A stretch of 64,000 nt of DNA from Alphaproteobacteria bacterium. GTDB taxonomy: Bacteria; Pseudomonadota; Alphaproteobacteria; UBA1280; UBA6503. Each line of letters starts with the position of its first letter. Position 1 is the first letter of the stretch. Below are positions 1-15,014 of the stretch, in pieces. The stretch spans positions 37,318 to 101,317 of the forward strand of contig JAJFIW010000036.1 in the NCBI GenBank assembly GCA_021774615.1, in the 5' to 3' direction. A program made the translations under genes and the position numbers. The notes under the pieces are model-generated. The model saw nothing but the letters and a program-made list of their open reading frames with translations. It did not search any database and was not told where the DNA came from.

Positions 1-265
1 TCATCGTGGTAAAGGCTGGGAAGAGTTTACCGATAAAGCGATCCAAACTATTAGCCAAGACCAAGAGCACGTAGTTTTTATGTTGTGGGGGATGCCCGCA
101 CGAAACAAGAAAAACTTAATTGATAGTAATAAGCATTTAATACTAGAAGCTCCACACCCGTCGCCACTTTCTGCATATCGAGGTTTTATTGGCTGTGGGC
201 ATTTTTCTAAAGCTAACCAATATTTGCTTAATGCGGGTAAAACTCCAATACAGTGGTTTGGCTAG
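1..265 (+). CDS. ung: Uracil-DNA glycosylase, C-terminal part (5' end lies outside the window)
   Basis: The frame read from position 2 gives [30 protein letters not shown]...[34 protein letters not shown]. This matches the conserved Ung C-terminus (HPSPLSA-RGF-GC-HFS). Stop codon at 263-265. Confidence 0.85.
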   Translation, partial: HRGKGWEEFTDKAIQTISQDQEHVVFMLWGMPARNKKNLIDSNKHLILEAPHPSPLSAYRGFIGCGHFSKANQYLLNAGKTPIQWFG

Positions 266-343
266 AGCTTCTATTATCGTTGTTGCAATTACTAGGTAGT
301 GGTATTATTCATCCCACCAAAAATAATAATAAGGAATTGTTAG

Positions 344-922
344 TTGTTACAAAATGACTTTAACATAATTGAAGAATTTATAAGTAGTCTTGACTTTAAA
401 GGGAATGAGACTCTTGACGAGATGTTAGGCTATGTTCTTGCAAAAACCCGACGCATTGTAGGAGCTGAGGCAGGTACAATCTTTATCGCAGAGCCATTGC
501 TTGGTGAAAGTAAGAGCTTACGTTGTGTTGCCTTACAAAATGATACTGTAGAAATTAGTACCGAGTCGTTTACAGTTCCTATCGATCCATCTTCTATTGC
601 AGGATACGCTGCAACTACAGGTGAGCTAGTACGTATTGATGATTTATATAACATTAATAATAAGCCGTATAAGTTTAACCAAACTTTTGACAGGAAATAC
701 CGCTATAAGTCTGTTTCAATGTTAGCAGTGCCATTACGTAATATTCGTAACGAAGTAGTAGGGGTTATCCAGCTGCTAAACCATCTTTCTGATACTGGTG
801 TAGGCTATATACCATTCCAAACAAAAGACGTAACTAATATGAAGAGCTTATCCTTAATAATGGGTATGCTCGTAGAACATACCGCATTAATGGAAGAAAT
901 TAACCGCCTTAAGCAGCATTAA
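344..922 (+). CDS. Stand-alone GAF domain protein (putative signalling/ligand-binding)
   Basis: 192 aa ORF with a GAF-like pattern (TRRIVGAEAGTIFIAEP...LRCVALQND...VGVIQLLNH). No output domain is visible. Confidence 0.55.
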   Translation: MLQNDFNIIEEFISSLDFKGNETLDEMLGYVLAKTRRIVGAEAGTIFIAEPLLGESKSLRCVALQNDTVEISTESFTVPIDPSSIAGYAATTGELVRIDDLYNINNKPYKFNQTFDRKYRYKSVSMLAVPLRNIRNEVVGVIQLLNHLSDTGVGYIPFQTKDVTNMKSLSLIMGMLVEHTALMEEINRLKQH

Positions 923-1913
923 TACCTTTTATAATATCATCATAACCATTTTGTAGTCGTCCACCTGTATGTTGGATTACTCGTTGTGCTAATTGATGCC
1001 CTAGGAAAATGCTGTCTGTAGGTTCAAAGTTTTTAATGTGACCATACATGAAGCCCGCGGCAAATGCATCACCTGCACCTGTTGCGTCTACTACATGGTC
1101 AACAGCCGTAGTTGGTACGTGGATATTTCCTTGTGGGGTGTGTAGAGTTGCTCCATTTTTGCCCATAGTTACTAAGTGTGGGGTTTGGCGTAGCGCAACA
1201 AGTGTTTCTTCAGCATGGATGGTGTCTTCTCCACTAAGCTCACAGCGTTTTAGGCTAATAAGCTCTTCGTCATTACAGATGTAAAGATCAATACCATCTC
1301 GGACTAGTAGCGCAATTTTACTAAAATGCTGCTCTACAAAGAATGGAGCGGCTAGAGTTAGAGCAATCTTTGTATTGTGTTTGCGTGCAAGACGGCATAC
1401 TTCAAGGATTGTATCAAACTCATTGTCAAATAGGTAACCTTCAATAAATACCCATTCGCTTTTAGAGATCATATCTTCTTTAATGTTTTCCTTGCCAATG
1501 GGAGTGCGTTGCATAGGTGTACGTTCGCCAGTAGTAATAAAGGTACGCTCGCCATCTGGAGTAATAAGAACATAAATAACAAGCGTCTTTCCACCTGCCA
1601 TAGGCTCTGGCATTACAATACCAGCACCTGTCATGCTTTCATGGTATGCTTTACCAGGGGTGTCATCACCAACATAGCCACAAAAAGCAACTTTTGCGCC
1701 TAAATTTGCTAATGCAAATGCACTATTACCTGCCGAGCCACCTGCCATTGGGGTTTTGTCTTCATCAGCAATTTGGGTTACAATTTCAGAAATAACTTGT
1801 GGGGAAACTTGCTGCCAGTCGCCTAGTTTTAACTCGTATTTATCAAGTATGTCGTAGCTAACAGGCATTAAAATATCCATTGGTGCATTACCGACAAAAG
1901 TTACATTGTACAT
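909..1913 (-). CDS. PfkB-family carbohydrate/adenosine kinase
   Basis: 334 aa with a ribokinase/PfkB signature near the C-terminus (DATGAGDAFAAGFMYG) and an N-terminal GG-containing motif (AGGSAGNSAFALANLGAK). Confidence 0.75.
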   Translation of the reverse strand: MYNVTFVGNAPMDILMPVSYDILDKYELKLGDWQQVSPQVISEIVTQIADEDKTPMAGGSAGNSAFALANLGAKVAFCGYVGDDTPGKAYHESMTGAGIVMPEPMAGGKTLVIYVLITPDGERTFITTGERTPMQRTPIGKENIKEDMISKSEWVFIEGYLFDNEFDTILEVCRLARKHNTKIALTLAAPFFVEQHFSKIALLVRDGIDLYICNDEELISLKRCELSGEDTIHAEETLVALRQTPHLVTMGKNGATLHTPQGNIHVPTTAVDHVVDATGAGDAFAAGFMYGHIKNFEPTDSIFLGHQLAQRVIQHTGGRLQNGYDDIIKGINAA

Positions 1914-2039
1914 GAGAAAGGGTTCCTATAAATATTAATTAATTTCAGGTGCATATTACTCTAATTAATCTTTATTGTAAGCTGTGTTTTGTGTTATTTT
2001 TCAAATACGCAGAAATTTCTTTAAAAGGTATTATAAATA

Positions 2040-3032
2040 GTGGACTCATTACTCGTTATGAAAAAAGTTGGCTTCAAAAGTCAAAAGCTGCAAACACTTG
2101 CTTTGTGGTTGTTTTCTTTGATGGTTCCATTGTTAGCAATTATCCTTACCCAGCAAGGGCAGCTAGATTTTACAACCCCTCACGAGGATTTACGCTCGTA
2201 TCGACTATTGCCTACTGTAATGGCAATGTTCCTGATGGCATCGGGCAGTTATTTGTCTTGGATTTTCAGTAAGCGTGGATGGCTTTTAACAATGGGCTGG
2301 TGCTGGCTTGTAATTGCAGGTGGGGCTACTGCAGGGCTACTTATTGGCCGTGGTTGGGAAACACACCATGTCCTCGAACAAGGGCATTGGTCAATTACAA
2401 ACCTATACGAAGTAAGCTTGCTACTTTTAGTAATGGTTGCTGCAATTGCTTGTTGGCTAGACAAAAAGCGTAATAGTACTCTGGGGGTATTTTTATCTCC
2501 GCTTATTTTGGCGGGTGTCTTTTTTGTATTGTGGCTAGCTAGTATTGGTAATGCTAACCCAGAGCATCTGGTACCTTCGTTAAAAAGCTACTGGCTGCCA
2601 TACCATGTTTTAGCTAACTTTATTGGCTATGGTGCATTTACAGTGGCAGCTGCCGCAGGGTTGATGCATCTATGGCGCTGGCGACAAGATAAACTAGGGA
2701 AACCGTCGTTATTGCCAACCCAAGAAGTAAGCGAACAATTAGGCTTTAGAGCTGTTGTGGTAGGCTTTCCTATATTTACTTTAGCGGTTGTGTTGGGGTC
2801 GTTGTGGGCTTATGAGGCTTGGGGCGGTTATTGGTCGTGGGATCCTAAAGAAACATGGGCATTGATTGTATGGTTAGTGTATGCTGGGTATCTACATACT
2901 CGCATGAATCGTCGTAAACCTGATGTGGTATTGGCCATATGGCTAGTAGTTGGGTTTATAGTTACCATGTTTTGCTATTTAGGGGTAAACATGTTTCTAA
3001 GTGGTTTGCATAGTTATGGTAGTTTGAATTAA
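2040..3032 (+). CDS. Cytochrome c assembly family inner-membrane protein (CcsA/YpjD-like)
   Basis: Polytopic membrane protein carrying the W-rich signature WGGYWSWDPKETWALIVWLVYAGYLH typical of Cytochrom_C_asm proteins. The start may instead be the downstream ATG at 2058. Confidence 0.6.
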   Translation: MDSLLVMKKVGFKSQKLQTLALWLFSLMVPLLAIILTQQGQLDFTTPHEDLRSYRLLPTVMAMFLMASGSYLSWIFSKRGWLLTMGWCWLVIAGGATAGLLIGRGWETHHVLEQGHWSITNLYEVSLLLLVMVAAIACWLDKKRNSTLGVFLSPLILAGVFFVLWLASIGNANPEHLVPSLKSYWLPYHVLANFIGYGAFTVAAAAGLMHLWRWRQDKLGKPSLLPTQEVSEQLGFRAVVVGFPIFTLAVVLGSLWAYEAWGGYWSWDPKETWALIVWLVYAGYLHTRMNRRKPDVVLAIWLVVGFIVTMFCYLGVNMFLSGLHSYGSLN

Positions 3033-3051
3033 GAGCAGATAAGGGATAAAT

Positions 3052-3864
3052 ATGCTTAAGCAATTATTTGTAATGGTAGGTTTGGTAGCTGTGCTTGCAG
3101 TTACTGGGTGTTCATCTTCAAAGAAGGAGCCTCTAATTGGTGAGGTGGATAACTTATATAATAAAGGTATGTCTTTATTAGAAGATAAAAAATTTACCGA
3201 CTCTATCCACGCTTTTGAAGAGCTAGAACGCCAACACCCTTATTCTGGCTGGTCTACTAGGGCACAAATTATGGTAGCTTTTGCGCAGTATAGGCTCGAG
3301 CAATACGACGAATCATTATTTACTATCGAACGCTTTATTCGCCTCCACCCTGGGCATGAAGACCTAGACTACATGTATTATATGCGTGGCATGAACCACT
3401 ATGTGCGTATCTCCGACATTAACCGTGACCAAGGCTTCACAGAAGAAGCAAGTAAAGCATTCCAAGAGGTTATAGACCGTTTTCCAAACAGCCGCTATTC
3501 TCGTGATGCAGGCTTAAAGCTTACTCTTACCATAGACCATATCGCTGGTAAGGAAATGGAAGTAGGGCGTTACTACCAAAAACAAAAACAATATTTGGCT
3601 GCAATTAATAGGTTTAAACGTGTAGTAGATGACTACCAGAAAACACTGCAAATCCCAGAGGCACTTTACCGCTTAACCGAAAGCTACTTCTCCCTAGGGC
3701 TAGATGACCAAGCAAGAAGAAGCGCAGCTGTACTAGGGCATAACTACCCAGACTCTGATTGGTACAAGCATGCCTATAAACTACTAACTGAAAATGGATA
3801 CCTTGAAGAGTCTGACCTAGGGTTAGGTGGGAAAGTATCTAAAGGTTTTAAAGAACTGTTTTAA
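3052..3864 (+). CDS. bamD: Outer membrane protein assembly factor BamD (TPR lipoprotein)
   Basis: Signal peptide with a lipobox (LAVTGCSS), TPR-like repeats, and a position immediately upstream of recN, as in many proteobacteria. Confidence 0.8.
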   Translation: MLKQLFVMVGLVAVLAVTGCSSSKKEPLIGEVDNLYNKGMSLLEDKKFTDSIHAFEELERQHPYSGWSTRAQIMVAFAQYRLEQYDESLFTIERFIRLHPGHEDLDYMYYMRGMNHYVRISDINRDQGFTEEASKAFQEVIDRFPNSRYSRDAGLKLTLTIDHIAGKEMEVGRYYQKQKQYLAAINRFKRVVDDYQKTLQIPEALYRLTESYFSLGLDDQARRSAAVLGHNYPDSDWYKHAYKLLTENGYLEESDLGLGGKVSKGFKELF

Positions 3865-3865
3865 A

Positions 3866-8571
<4,706 letters not shown>

Positions 8572-8579
8572 TTTTTATA

Positions 8580-9518
8580 TTATTCTTCCGCAATTCTTGT
8601 TCTGTTTGAAGTAGCTTTTTTTTCAATAAAATCAATAATAGCACTAGCAACGTCTTTATTGGTACAATTTTCTATACCTTTTAAGCCAGGAGACGAATTT
8701 ACTTCTAACACTACAGGCCCCGAAGCTGAACGAAGAATGTCTATACCTGCAACATTTAGCCCCATAATCCGTACTGCACGAATAGCTGTGCTGCGCTCTT
8801 CAGGTGTTAGGTTAACCGTATGAGCTGTTCCACCACGGTGCAAGTTAGAGCGGAAATCACCTTCAGGAGCTTGGCGGCGCATGGCAGCAATAACCTCGCC
8901 ATCGATAACAAAACAGCGGATATCTGCGCCATCTGCTTCCTTTACAAACTCTTGCACCATAATATTGGCCTTAATACTAATGAATGCTTCGATGATGGAT
9001 TCAGCAGCTTTACGGGTTTCAGCAAGTACAACACCAAGCCCTTGGGTACCTTCTAGTAGCTTAATAACCAGTGGTGCGCCGCCAACCATTTTTAATAAGT
9101 CTGGGATATCATCAGGAGAGTGGGCAAAACCTGTAACAGGTAAACCAATCCCACGGCGAGATAAAAGCTGTAAAGAACGGAGCTTATCTCGAGAACGGTT
9201 AATTGCCATAGACTCGTTAACAGCAAGAACGCCCATCATCTCAAACTGACGAAGCACAGCAAGGCCATAATGGGTTATAGATGCACCAATTCGAGGGACT
9301 ACGGCGTCAAAATCATCAAGGTTTTTACCTTTGTAGTGAATGGTTGGCTTGTCTGTAGCAATATTCATGTAGCAACGTAGTGTATCAATAACGTGTACTT
9401 CATGGCCACGGGCTTTACCTGCTTCTACTAACCTTTGGGTAGAGTATAGCTTTTGGTTGCGCGATAAAACAGCTATTTTAAGCGGGCGTTTTGCTAAATT
9501 ATTATTGTTATCGTCCAT
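8580..9518 (-). CDS. rimK: Ribosomal protein S6 glutamate ligase RimK (ATP-grasp)
   Basis: 312 aa with ATP-grasp motifs ([19 protein letters not shown]; [12 protein letters not shown]) and an N-terminus [18 protein letters not shown] typical of RimK. Confidence 0.9.
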   Translation of the reverse strand: MDDNNNNLAKRPLKIAVLSRNQKLYSTQRLVEAGKARGHEVHVIDTLRCYMNIATDKPTIHYKGKNLDDFDAVVPRIGASITHYGLAVLRQFEMMGVLAVNESMAINRSRDKLRSLQLLSRRGIGLPVTGFAHSPDDIPDLLKMVGGAPLVIKLLEGTQGLGVVLAETRKAAESIIEAFISIKANIMVQEFVKEADGADIRCFVIDGEVIAAMRRQAPEGDFRSNLHRGGTAHTVNLTPEERSTAIRAVRIMGLNVAGIDILRSASGPVVLEVNSSPGLKGIENCTNKDVASAIIDFIEKKATSNRTRIAEE

Positions 9519-9535
9519 TATTAAATAACTCCTTG

Positions 9536-10063
9536 TTATTTTCCTATGTAAACAGGTTCAGCAGGCTCAATATTTAAGGCTTTTTCAAGGTTTGGTCTTC
9601 CTTGCAGGAATGACCCTGCACTATCTACTAGAAAACGCCCAGCTAAAGCTTCACGGCCAATAAGCATCATAAAATTCATAGTGTCTCTGTCGGTTAGGGT
9701 CATTTCAATGTCCCATTGCCATTCCCCTAGGCAAACAGGACTCTTTATAACATACCTACATTCTTTATGGCCACCAGAGTCTTTAACATTTCTGGTATCA
9801 ATAACCTTTGCTTCGCAAGTATGCACAAGCTCGGGCATACTTTTACGAGGGTGGATTAGGAAACGAACCCATTCCTCGCCATTTTTTTCGAAAGTGGTTA
9901 CTTCAAAAGCATGTAAAGCAGATGTTTTTGCACCTGTATCAATTTTTGCGCGTATATCTGGCAGGCCTAGTTCTTCTAGGCGCACCCATTCTCTCCAGCC
10001 AAGGGCTGTTTGGGTAGATGGCTCAGATACTGTAGGCACTACTGGTAAGTCAGTCATCAACAA
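9536..10063 (-). CDS. RimK-associated ATP-dependent zinc protease / retropepsin-like aspartic protease family protein
   Basis: 175 aa immediately upstream of rimK on the same strand. The motif [14 protein letters not shown] resembles the aspartic-protease D-T/S-G of this family. Confidence 0.65.
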   Translation of the reverse strand: MLMTDLPVVPTVSEPSTQTALGWREWVRLEELGLPDIRAKIDTGAKTSALHAFEVTTFEKNGEEWVRFLIHPRKSMPELVHTCEAKVIDTRNVKDSGGHKECRYVIKSPVCLGEWQWDIEMTLTDRDTMNFMMLIGREALAGRFLVDSAGSFLQGRPNLEKALNIEPAEPVYIGK

Positions 10064-10109
10064 GAAACTCCCTGAGTCAGGTTATTGTTATTTTTTTATG
10101 AATTTATTA

Positions 10110-11048
10110 TTACAAGCGTTTACCTTGCAAAGGGTAGCCTTCTGCTAAAAGCTTTTGCCGTAGCTCTTCGGGGCCATTTTCTTCGAAGCAATGAGGGCAA
10201 AAACTACCTTTAAGGTAGGTAGGGCGTTTTAAGTCTGCTGCGATTAGGCTATGCCCGCAAGGCTGGCAGCGGCTGTTTTCTTGTGAGGGCTCTAGACCAT
10301 GGCCAACCGCAACACGGTCGTCGAAAACATAGCATTCACCATCCCACATGCTTTGTTCTTGGTCTATTTCTTCTAGGTATTTTAAAATGCCGCCTTTTAG
10401 GTGGCAAACATCTTCAAAGCCAAGTTCCTTTAGGTACGAGGTTGATTTCTCGCAGCGGATACCGCCAGTACAGAACATTGCAACTTTTTTGTGTTTTTTA
10501 GGGTCTAGGTTTTGTGCAACCCACTCTGGGAATTCTTTAAAGGTTGCAGTTTTTGGGTTAACTGCATTTTTGAATGTACCTATATATATTTCGTAGTCAT
10601 TACGAGTATCAACCACAATTGTGTCGGGGTCTGAAATTACGTCATTCCAGTCTTGAGGAGAAACATAAGAGCCAACAATCTTGTTAGGGTCAACCTTTGC
10701 GCCCATTGGGATTGTTTCGGGCTTTAATTTTACTTTAGTACGCAAGAAAGGTTTTTCCTCGCAGAAACTTTCTTTGTGCTCTAGGTCTGTAAAGCGTTCG
10801 TCGCTTTTAATATGGTTAAGAACAGCGTCAATACCCCAACGGCTACCAGAAATCGTGCCATTGATACCTTCGTCAGTAACTAGGATAGTTCCAGTTACAT
10901 CGTTATCGAGCATTTTTTGCTTCCAGTCAGCTTGGAGAACTTTGGGATTATCAATAATAACGAACTTATACAATGCTGCAACAACGTACATATTGGTTGG
11001 TTTTTGCATAGTTGGTTGTTCTGCTACGTTCATAAAATTATATTCCAT
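10110..11048 (-). CDS. trhO: Rhodanese-domain tRNA uridine(34) hydroxylase TrhO (YceA/UPF0176)
   Basis: Rhodanese active-site loop [10 protein letters not shown] followed by a C-terminal Cys cluster (CQPCGHS...CPHC). The true start may be an internal Met ([16 protein letters not shown]). Confidence 0.75.
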   Translation of the reverse strand: MEYNFMNVAEQPTMQKPTNMYVVAALYKFVIIDNPKVLQADWKQKMLDNDVTGTILVTDEGINGTISGSRWGIDAVLNHIKSDERFTDLEHKESFCEEKPFLRTKVKLKPETIPMGAKVDPNKIVGSYVSPQDWNDVISDPDTIVVDTRNDYEIYIGTFKNAVNPKTATFKEFPEWVAQNLDPKKHKKVAMFCTGGIRCEKSTSYLKELGFEDVCHLKGGILKYLEEIDQEQSMWDGECYVFDDRVAVGHGLEPSQENSRCQPCGHSLIAADLKRPTYLKGSFCPHCFEENGPEELRQKLLAEGYPLQGKRL

Positions 11049-11081
11049 TACTGTTTATAATTTTATATTTATAGTAACTTT

Positions 11082-11729
11082 CTAGCTGTTCTGCAACAAA
11101 TAAACTGTATCTACCCCAACAGTGTAGGGTGGGTATTTGTCCATAACTCCTGTAAACTCGGGGCTTTTTACCAATATTGCTAGCCAGTTACGCACATGTG
11201 GGTAGGGGGCTATATTGTCAAACCAGTCGGAATTGGGCATTCTAAATTGGCGAATGAACGGAAAAATAGCATAATCGGCCAAGGTTGGTTTGTCAGACAG
11301 TAAAAAGTTGTTCTTTTGCAGGTTGTTTTCAAGCTTAGCAATAAACTTCTCGGCTTCAGCGCGCCAGTCCATTTGTGGTTCATCTTGGTAGCGGTGTGGG
11401 TATTTATAGCGGTCTAGCGCTTTTTTAAAGGAAGTGTCGTTCTCTGCAATAAGTATAAGGGCTTGCTCTTTATTTTTTAACCACCCTTTGGTATCATTTT
11501 GTTTTAGCGCCCAAAGCATTATGTCGAGGCTTTCGTCAATAACTGTGCCATCAGCTAATTGCAGAACTGGTACAGTGCCTTTTGGCGATAGCTCTAGCAT
11601 GCTGGCGGGCTTATCGCGCAGCAATACCTCACGCACCTCCACCTGCACCCCACAAACAAACAAAGCCATCCTTGCCCTTATTGCGAACGGGCAACGGCGG
11701 AATGTGTAGAGGGTAGGGTGTGGTAACAA
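11082..11729 (-). CDS. Glutathione S-transferase family protein
   Basis: 215 aa with an N-terminal thioredoxin-like GST domain (LYTFRRCPFAIRARMAL...VPVLQ..DG) and an alpha-helical C-terminal domain. Confidence 0.6.
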   Translation of the reverse strand: MLPHPTLYTFRRCPFAIRARMALFVCGVQVEVREVLLRDKPASMLELSPKGTVPVLQLADGTVIDESLDIMLWALKQNDTKGWLKNKEQALILIAENDTSFKKALDRYKYPHRYQDEPQMDWRAEAEKFIAKLENNLQKNNFLLSDKPTLADYAIFPFIRQFRMPNSDWFDNIAPYPHVRNWLAILVKSPEFTGVMDKYPPYTVGVDTVYLLQNS

Positions 11730-11786
11730 GTTAAATATCCTTTTAAAACTATAATGTGCTTATGATAATAGCACATTGTAATACAA

Positions 11787-11823
11787 GAAAAGCCCCTAAT
11801 CCGTGAGGATAGGGGCTTTCTTG
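11787..11823. terminator. Rho-independent terminator hairpin (aagcccct...aggggctt) with flanking A/T tracts
   Basis: Perfect 7-bp GC-rich stem with A-tract 5' and T-tract 3'. It lies downstream of the minus-strand gene ending at 11856. Confidence 0.6.
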
Positions 11824-11855
11824 TGTTACTGTATCGTTAAATGCTCGAGATGTTT

Positions 11856-12230
11856 TTAGTCACCTTCGAACTCTTTTAGGTACTTTCTTGCTTCTGCCTT
11901 CTCGTCCTTTAACCTTTGCTCTGCTAGGTTAGGGGCTTCTTCCAACACCAATGGATCAGGTGTTGGCTCTGGCATCGAGTAACTTGGTATGTTTGCTGAT
12001 TGCCCCATGGGGTTTGGTAAGTAAGAACCACCAAATAGCGATAATATCGCCATAACAACCAGAAACAACACAAGAATGCCTGCTCGTTTAATCCAATTGC
12101 CTTCTGTTTCAGCAGTATTGGACTCATCAGCCGTTTTCTTGTGTTTTATACCGTGCCTAATAAGCCAGATACCAAACCACGTAGCTAGAAGTAAGGCGAT
12201 AACTGTAATATAAAAGCTTGTTGGGCTCAT
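11856..12230 (-). CDS. Hypothetical small membrane protein (two TM segments)
   Basis: 124 aa with an N-terminal TM helix (ITVIALLLATWFGIWLI), a second hydrophobic segment, and an acidic C-terminus. No recognisable motif. Confidence 0.35.
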   Translation of the reverse strand: MSPTSFYITVIALLLATWFGIWLIRHGIKHKKTADESNTAETEGNWIKRAGILVLFLVVMAILSLFGGSYLPNPMGQSANIPSYSMPEPTPDPLVLEEAPNLAEQRLKDEKAEARKYLKEFEGD

Positions 12231-12242
12231 ATGGTATCTCCT

Positions 12243-13133
12243 TTATTTGCTAGGTAATAATGGAATGCCTAGTGCAAACGGCACGCCGTTATCAGCAAAC
12301 ATTGCAGCTGTTTGTTGCCAGTTGTACATTTCAGTCGTGACTCCAGTCTTACTCTCGATAACTTTTTTCCAAATCTCGATGTTGTTATCGGCTCGAGTAC
12401 GCTCAAATGTTTGTCTTTTTGCTTCAATTTCTATTTGAGCTTCAATTTCAGCTAGTTCACGAGCCTTGTCAGCTTTAACAGCATATAACCTTTCTTTTGC
12501 CAACAAAACGGTCTCTGGCGGGTTACCAAGACCATTAGGGAAGTCAACCCGAGTAACAGCCACTCCAACTTCTCTTAAGGACTTATTGATCCTAGCCCTT
12601 GCAGCTTCTGATATTTCCACGACACTGCCCAAAACTTGGTCGATATCGTAGTCCTTCAGAAGATCAATAGTTAATGATGCAGCAGGCCCTTTTATTAAAG
12701 AGTCGAATATTGCATCAGACGATATTGATATAATGCGGCTGTTCATTTCGTGCTGTTTAGCTCGAACATTGTTCCAGACATAGTTCATGGATGACGTATC
12801 ATTTAATACCATAAATTGGATATCCATTTGGATATCATCCAAGGGAATATCGCTTTTTGGTAGAAATGCTCTACTGATATTTAGAGAACGGGTTGCTTTA
12901 GCTGCCGATAGTACCGACATTTTTTCGCAAACCTCTCCCCAACTTTCCCAACAGTTTTCTAAACGACCTTGTTTGGCAGTGAGTATTTCATCACTAAGGC
13001 CATTACTATCCATAATACGGCCTACCTCACCAGTGTTAATGGTATAGGAGTCACCTGCACAGCCTGCAAGAATGGCAAGAATGGTAACAACGAATCCTGC
13101 TTTTAACAGTTTTAACAAATTTTTGAATTTCAT
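12243..13133 (-). CDS. SPFH/band-7 domain lipoprotein (prohibitin/stomatin-like)
   Basis: Signal peptide plus lipobox (LAGCAG). The C-terminal region has the EAxxxA-rich coiled segment typical of SPFH proteins (AEIEAQIEIEAKRQTFERTRAD). Confidence 0.5.
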   Translation of the reverse strand: MKFKNLLKLLKAGFVVTILAILAGCAGDSYTINTGEVGRIMDSNGLSDEILTAKQGRLENCWESWGEVCEKMSVLSAAKATRSLNISRAFLPKSDIPLDDIQMDIQFMVLNDTSSMNYVWNNVRAKQHEMNSRIISISSDAIFDSLIKGPAASLTIDLLKDYDIDQVLGSVVEISEAARARINKSLREVGVAVTRVDFPNGLGNPPETVLLAKERLYAVKADKARELAEIEAQIEIEAKRQTFERTRADNNIEIWKKVIESKTGVTTEMYNWQQTAAMFADNGVPFALGIPLLPSK

Positions 13134-13310
13134 ATAGTTTCCTATAAAGAAAGGTTGAACTTCGAAAAGTAAATACTTCTTTACTTAATTATCGGCACCT
13201 TTCTAGGAAAGACTAAGATAATTTTAGAAAAGTTAAGAAGATATTTAGGTACTACAAGTGTCCATATATGATGAATGAATATAAATTTCAAGTGTATTGT
13301 GAAGTTTAAT

Positions 13311-14888
13311 TTAAATACTTTGTAACGTTTCTTCTTCCCCTGGTGCATCTGCATCGGGGGCTTTTTCTTGTGGTTCTTCTGGTTTCTCTTGTTGCCAGTC
13401 TAGGAAATAGATGGTTTGGGGCTCGTCGAAGCCTTTTAGTTCGCAGTTTTCTTTAGGGATAAATGTATATGAAAGGTGTTGGCTTAAATTATATAATGGT
13501 TCTGCCACAGCAATTTCATGACCATTTGCAAATGGCATAACACGTGCGGCTAGGTTTACTGGTAGGCCAAATAAGTCGCCATCTATGTGTAGTGGTTCGC
13601 CTGCGCTAATGCCAATCCTTGCGTCAAAGGTATGGTCGGGCATTTTCTCGTTGAATAGATTAATTCCTTTTTGGATTGCAACACAAGCCTTTAAACCATT
13701 TTCAACCGAAGGGAATGACATCATGATACCGTCACCAGTATGCTTTACTTCGTAGCCACCAAAAACTATAAGCGCTTCCCTTACAATGTTATTATGAGCA
13801 TGGAGGATATCAATCATCCATTCGTCACCCATAGTGCGGATATTTTCGGTAAAATCTACAATGTCGGTAAAGCCAACAACAGCAAAGTTCGTAGGTGTTT
13901 CTTCCGAAGCTATTTCTGTTGATTCCTTTTGTGGGTTGCCTTTTCCTATGTTGTACCAAGCTTGTATAGATTCCTGTATAGATATAGGTGCTGACTCGTC
14001 TTTGTTTATAGCTAATATGTTTTCTTTGCCTTGGGTATAAATATTAAAATACTTAGGGTAAACAAGGTACTCGTGCAGGTTTAATGCTGTGTTAAGGACA
14101 CTTTCTGGTGTTATTCCTAAATCATTAAGTAATATAGTGACTTGCTGATTAGTAGTGCGTTGGTCTGTGCCAAGGGTTTTTGTGAAGCCTTGGCTCATAC
14201 CAAGAAGATACAAAATAAGGGCGAAGTGGCCGTCTTCTTTAAACTTTTTCTGTTCGTCATCCCATACTAGTGGTTTAGCTAGCGATGTAGCCTCAGACAA
14301 AATTGCTTCTGTCTTTTGCAATTTTTTCTGCATAAGAAGCTTTCTTTTTTCTTCCTGTTTTATGGGGGACGCTTCGTCAATAGTAGAGTGTATCCACACT
14401 GCTAGCGATATTGTTATACTTCCCATCATAAGTAGTACCATCATTATAGATGGTATAGAGGCACCATTTATAATCATCATTATAATAATAATGATGGATA
14501 CCCCAAAGCCACCCATACCAACTGTTAACGCATTCCCAAAAGCTGAAGGAGTAGGGGGTTTTGTAGGCTCTGGCTCTTTATTTTTTTTACGGTTGTTATA
14601 GAGATTGTTTAATGCAGACGATGAAATTTTTTGTGTGGAAATATTTTTTTGCCCTGCTTCTTTTAAACCTCTTGCGATTATAGAGTAGGTTGGCGCAGGG
14701 CCTTTTGCAGCATAGGAGAAAATGATCTCTCTAGTGTCGTCAATAATTAGTGCTACAGCTTCGTAAAGGTAGTCTTCCTTGAGCTTGCCCGCTTCTTTTA
14801 GGGCTGCGGCTCTTTTGTCTTTAGGGTAGATTGCACGAAAAGACCATACACCTTTTTGTTTAACGCATAGGTCGATGTCACCCTTCAT
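13311..14888 (-). CDS. Membrane-anchored class III adenylate/guanylate cyclase
   Basis: The C-terminal catalytic domain has FTDIVDFT...VKHTGDGIMMSF...RIGISAGEP motifs. The centre holds a Pro-rich linker and a poly-Ile TM region (SIIIIIMMIING). The N-terminal ~110 aa soluble domain has unknown function, and the tail is acidic. Confidence 0.75.
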   Translation of the reverse strand: MKGDIDLCVKQKGVWSFRAIYPKDKRAAALKEAGKLKEDYLYEAVALIIDDTREIIFSYAAKGPAPTYSIIARGLKEAGQKNISTQKISSSALNNLYNNRKKNKEPEPTKPPTPSAFGNALTVGMGGFGVSIIIIIMMIINGASIPSIMMVLLMMGSITISLAVWIHSTIDEASPIKQEEKRKLLMQKKLQKTEAILSEATSLAKPLVWDDEQKKFKEDGHFALILYLLGMSQGFTKTLGTDQRTTNQQVTILLNDLGITPESVLNTALNLHEYLVYPKYFNIYTQGKENILAINKDESAPISIQESIQAWYNIGKGNPQKESTEIASEETPTNFAVVGFTDIVDFTENIRTMGDEWMIDILHAHNNIVREALIVFGGYEVKHTGDGIMMSFPSVENGLKACVAIQKGINLFNEKMPDHTFDARIGISAGEPLHIDGDLFGLPVNLAARVMPFANGHEIAVAEPLYNLSQHLSYTFIPKENCELKGFDEPQTIYFLDWQQEKPEEPQEKAPDADAPGEEETLQSI

Positions 14889-15014
14889 GGAGTAGCTACC
14901 TTGTTTAATTATTTTTTATGAGCTTAATTGTAATAGAAAAACAATCCTTAGGCTATAAATGAATAATAAGGCGCTAGGAATAAACCTAACGCCTTATTAT
15001 TAGAGTTTAGTACT

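Noticed and set aside
430-654. Numerous 60-120-aa antisense or out-of-frame ORFs nested within long genes (e.g. 430-654, 1048-1284, 4624-4947, 20908-21561, 28146-28703, 57180-57710)
   Set aside because: They lie fully inside well-supported genes on the opposite strand or in an alternate frame. They have biased, low-complexity composition and no motifs, so they are treated as spurious.
3827-3865. N-terminal extension of recN (ORF start at 3827)
   Set aside because: It overlaps the bamD 3' end by 38 nt. The conserved RecN N-terminus (MLKRLFIKNF...) begins at the ATG at 3866, which fits a typical bamD-recN junction.
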